From Callorhinchus milii (Eukaryota): a DNA stretch of 64,000 nt. The number at the start of each line of letters is the position of its first letter. The stretch's first letter is position 1. Location: contig NW_024704745.1 in the NCBI RefSeq assembly GCF_018977255.1, positions 66,526,001-66,590,000 of the forward strand, read 5' to 3'. Under the pieces are notes generated by a model. It was not told the DNA's origin and ran no database searches. It saw only the letters and a program-made list of their open reading frames with translations. Made by a program: the position numbers and the translations under genes. This document shows, piece by piece, positions 60,201 through 64,000 of this stretch.

Positions 60201-63087
60201 TTACTCCACACGCCTAATAATAATCCCTCCAAAACCAAAACAATAATAAATTGGTCATTTTCAATCTACGACTGTTTGTGGGACATTGCTGTGCGCAATT
60301 GGCTGCCGCGTTCGCCCACAAATATACAGTCAATTCACTTTACAGTCTATTCTGTGAAGCGCTTTGGGACGTCCTCCCGACGTGAAAAGCGCTATATCAA
60401 ATGCAAGGATTATTATTATTATTATTATTATTATTATCACTTTTCCGGGGGTAAAAATCCCTTCAAATAAATAACTAATAATAATTTGGTCACTCAATCA
60501 ACAACTGTTTGTGGGACACTGCTGCTGAGTTTCACCCACAAAATATACAGTCAATTCACTTCACAATATATTCTGTGAAACTCTTTGAGACTCTACCCTG
60601 CATGGAGGGTGCTATATAAGTGCAAGCTGTTGTCTGGAAGACATCATAAGGTGCTATATCAAATGCAAGGATTATTATTATAAATTAATGTGCAATTAAG
60701 TTGGTGCAGAACTTTGAATATCTGAAGCCTGAAATTCTCATGATTTTTGCGTTAACTTAAAATTTAAGATGGTGTGGAATTTTGCCAAAGTCTTAAATTC
60801 AGCTTTAATTAGGAAACAATATTTCTGTAGGCTATCGTCATGATGGATTTTGGTCCTGTATACCATTCAGGTTGATGTTAAAGATCCCATGGTACTACTC
60901 AAAAAGAGAAGAGAGTTTCTCCCAATGTCCTGATCAACAATCTCCCAGATAAAATTGATCAGTGAATTCATGCCTGCTTATAGGATATTGCTGTGCACAA
61001 ATTAAACAACATATTTTCCTATAAACAAATACACAGTCAATACATTTCACAGTTGAATCCTGTGAACGATTTTGAAATCTCTTGACGACGTGATAAGGAT
61101 TATTATTATATTTAGTTGACAATGGAGTGGATCAGTGGTTGGTATAAAGAGTAAATTTTGGTCACCCTACCAAATGGCTTGTGAGTATCTGAATCAAAGA
61201 GGCTTTGTCCTGTCAGTTGATGAGCGTTACAGAGAGCCTTGTGTGTGCTGTGTCATTAACCAGATAGGAGAGGAAGAAAAACAACAGTTATAAAATGGTC
61301 CAAAATCAAACAAGAAACGTATGTATCACCAAGCAGGAAAATAATTACCAAATTTAGAGGGAAAGTCTTTATATCAGAGATATTCAAAAGAGATAAGCGG
61401 GATGCCTATAAATCCGAATTTCTGTTCTGAAAGCGCCCCAAACTCCAAATGGCGAATTAATCTAAGGGAAAGTAAAACAACTAATGACAGCCATTAATCA
61501 AAGAGTACAGCACAGGATTAAAGTTTTGTTCGATTCATCCTTTCCCATTTTTGTCTACAAACGAAGACCTTTTGTACCTAATATGGTGACGTACAAACAG
61601 GTATGTTAATGGAGATTTCTGTTCAGAGTCAACAGATTGACAAAGAGAAGGCATCAAGACAGTTATAATAATAATAATCGTTGCATTTGATATAGCGCTT
61701 TTCACGTCGGGAGGACGTCCCAAAGTCTGTGAAGCGCTTTGGGACGTCCTCCCGACATGAAAAGCGCTATATCAAATGCAAGGATTATTATTATTATTAT
61801 TAAAGCGCTTCACAGAACACACTGTAAAGTGAATTGACTGTATATTTGTGGGCGAACGCGGCAGCCAATTGCGCACAGCAATGTCCCACAAACAGTCGTA
61901 GATTGAAAATGACCAATTTATTATTGTTTTTGGTTTTGGAGGGATTATTATTAGGTGTGTGGAGTAAGGAAACTTGCCCAAGGTTTCGCCCTCTGCCTGG
62001 AATTGAACTCAGGTCTCTCACTTGCAAAGCGAGTGCTCTAACCACTGAGCTACAGGACTCCACAACCCAATATGGTGTTCGAAGGTGATGACAAGCTCTG
62101 TGAGGAGGCGCTTTTCGAGTTGGAGTCAAACATAGAAGTCAGGGAATTGCCAATAAAATGATTTGAGGGGCTGAGTGAAACGATTTGGAGAGACAGAGCA
62201 TGACTTGATGGACAATTAAATGAAGTTACCAGTTTACACTATTCGTCTCATTGTCAGCTGAGATAAGTGAAGCTACTTGAAAAACAAAAAAAGAACAGAC
62301 CCAAGAGAGTGTGCTGAAGAGAAGACTTCCCAGAAACCAGAAAAAGGAATTGAAAGATAATGCACTTGACTAAACCAGTCAAAACATGAAGGAGGGGAAG
62401 AAATGGATCACCTGTAACAAATGTCATATTACTTTGTTTTTGCTCTTGAGCTAATACATGGCTGAATACAAAATATATTTATTATTATGGACGCTAACTC
62501 TACAACTAAAATACTGAAGACTCTTCTGACCAGCTATATGGTACAAAACCTTATCTGCAATCATATATTTGTCTATTAATTACTTTTATATTGAAAATTC
62601 ATAATAAATAAATAATTTAGTACAATGTACTGTGCCTTATTAAATTCTTTGATTTTCTTTGCCTTCATTAACCAGGGTTATCCTGGTTAGATCTGGTCAG
62701 CACTGCTGCTTTGTCAGTTTCTGAAAGATTTTTTGAAAACCCGTCTTAGTATGTCCAACACGAAACAGTGTTAAAGGGACAGGGTCTAGAATTAACCACA
62801 GGAAGTTACTGGCAGATCTGTTTGTGCTGATTGATTTAAGATGAAATGGTGTCAGGGTATCAGCCTGGCTCAAATGGTAGTCTCTGGGTCAGATTATCAG
62901 AAATGTACAGTATTACTTCTGTTATGACCAAGTAAAATCATCGTCTTACCCAGTTCTCTTCAATGGAGCCAACAGAGTACCTGTCAAATTGTGCAAATTC
63001 TTTATGTTGCTGCTGCATATAGAACGCTTGCAGGGCAGTCAAAGCAGAGTCTGACAGCTGGGTGTCATCATCATCGCTGTCATTCAT
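57286..63087 (-). CDS. EEF1AKMT1: EEF1A lysine methyltransferase 1 (N6AMT2), complete CDS, 214 aa
   Basis: Exons 63087-62950 (MNDSDDDDTQLS...SIEENW), 59729-59647 (QLSQFWYSDETA...GRGGR), 58381-58101 (IACISAPSIY...SPPYLSEDCL...KILLCTG) and 57428-57286 (AIMEDLAAKLL...NEYRCYTNY...stop). Total 645 nt, all GT-AG. An acceptor at 63105-63107 implies an upstream UTR exon. Confidence 0.95.
58436..58675 (+). mobile_element. L2 LINE 3' end
   Basis: GCCTTCAGC...TTTCAAAACC...GTGAAGGTCACTATATAAATGCACG(TTG)n. Confidence 0.7.
59951..60682 (+). mobile_element. SINE subfamily B host with nested insertions
   Basis: B sequence breaks at GGCGGATCG (60102) and resumes at ACTTTTCCGGGGGTAAAAATCCC (~60439); compare the intact copy at 14460-14495. 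Confidence 0.85.
60110..60437 (+). mobile_element. Young SINE, subfamily A
   Basis: A box TAGCTCAGTGG, TGC anticodon-like loop, B box GAGTTCAATTC, (ATT)~10 tail. Confidence 0.92.
61665..62063 (-). mobile_element. Young SINE, subfamily A, carrying an inverted copy of its own tail (61726-61801)
   Basis: Minus-strand element broken at CCCAAAG/AAAGCGC with AAAG duplicated on both sides of the insert. Confidence 0.9.
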
Positions 63088-64000
63088 ACTGAAGGCAGAT
63101 TATCCTGAAACAAATCAATTCAGCCATACAGTTATTACCCTATGTGAAGGGCGCTATATAAACAACAACAAAATTACCTTCGTATAGTGCCTTTCATGTC
63201 GGGAGGATGTCCCAAATTAACTGTTGTTAATAAATTAAGTTGTTTTAAGCACACTAGATTACAGGAAGCCTGTTAACAGAATCTTCTGCACAATAAAATG
63301 AAGCACAGATTGTTTTCTACATGTGCAGACCGTAATACTGTGCGTACAGTCAAAGCTGTTACTTTTGTTAGGTATTCCGACTGTTTAAACTCTTAAAGGG
63401 GACAATTTTCTATTGATGCATATTCTTAAACATTATAACAGATTGATATTTACACAATTATCATTTTTCCAGTTTTTTACCTCATTATTCTTTAAACCTG
63501 CTGGTTTGAGATATCCTGGCATAGACTCCTCCAGTATGGAGTGTGCATTATTAAGTTCTAACATCAGTGATATTATGAATGGAAATAGAGTAGCCGCAGG
63601 CAACATCCCCACTCGTTTGTCACACGAAGAACTTCAATGTGAATTATCTGTAATGCTGCTTGGCAGAACAATACAGGTTCTATTATTGGTCTCAAGTGGT
63701 TTCCGGACATTTCTGGCCAGCTAATTGTCTGACACAGGAGAGAAACCAATACCATGCTTAACTTGAATTTATATAGCACCTTTCACAGAGGATAACATTT
63801 CATAGGGCTTTACAGAGACAGGGTTGGACACCTAAGAAGGGAGAGAGGGAGATAGCCAGAGGCCCATTCACAAGATGTAGGATTTGAAGTGGCGCCTCAC
63901 CCTCCGATGCCTACAACTCTGTATCCACCCCGCCCCCACTTGTCTCCTGGTCTTCCCGCATGTTTTACACATCTTCTGCTACTGTATCTACATCTATCCC

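Noticed and set aside
1-64000. CRISPR array, operon or prokaryotic defence system
   Set aside because: Spliced vertebrate genes throughout; the recurring sequences are dispersed retroelements, not repeat-spacer arrays.

Overview
Vertebrate nuclear DNA; the repeat families (Deu-type SINEs, L2, CR1, Penelope) suggest a cartilaginous fish, which is an inference. Three spliced genes were reconstructed by hand: the first three coding exons of CRYL1 (minus), a complete IFT88 (plus, 25 coding exons, 825 aa, with one U12-type and one GC-AG intron), and a complete EEF1AKMT1/N6AMT2 CDS (minus, 214 aa). The rest is intron and intergenic DNA full of retroelements, a decayed Tigger-like transposon and a solo LTR. 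Most ORFs in the supplied track are repeat-derived or spurious. I see no convincing new multi-gene system. The best leads are: IL17D missing from its usual slot next to an EEF1AKMT1 with SPPY instead of DPPY; two candidate in-frame IFT88 cassette exons; a Penelope hammerhead motif in an IFT88 intron; hairpins made by retroelement tails inserted antisense into their own family; and an unidentified poly(A)-ended repeat.
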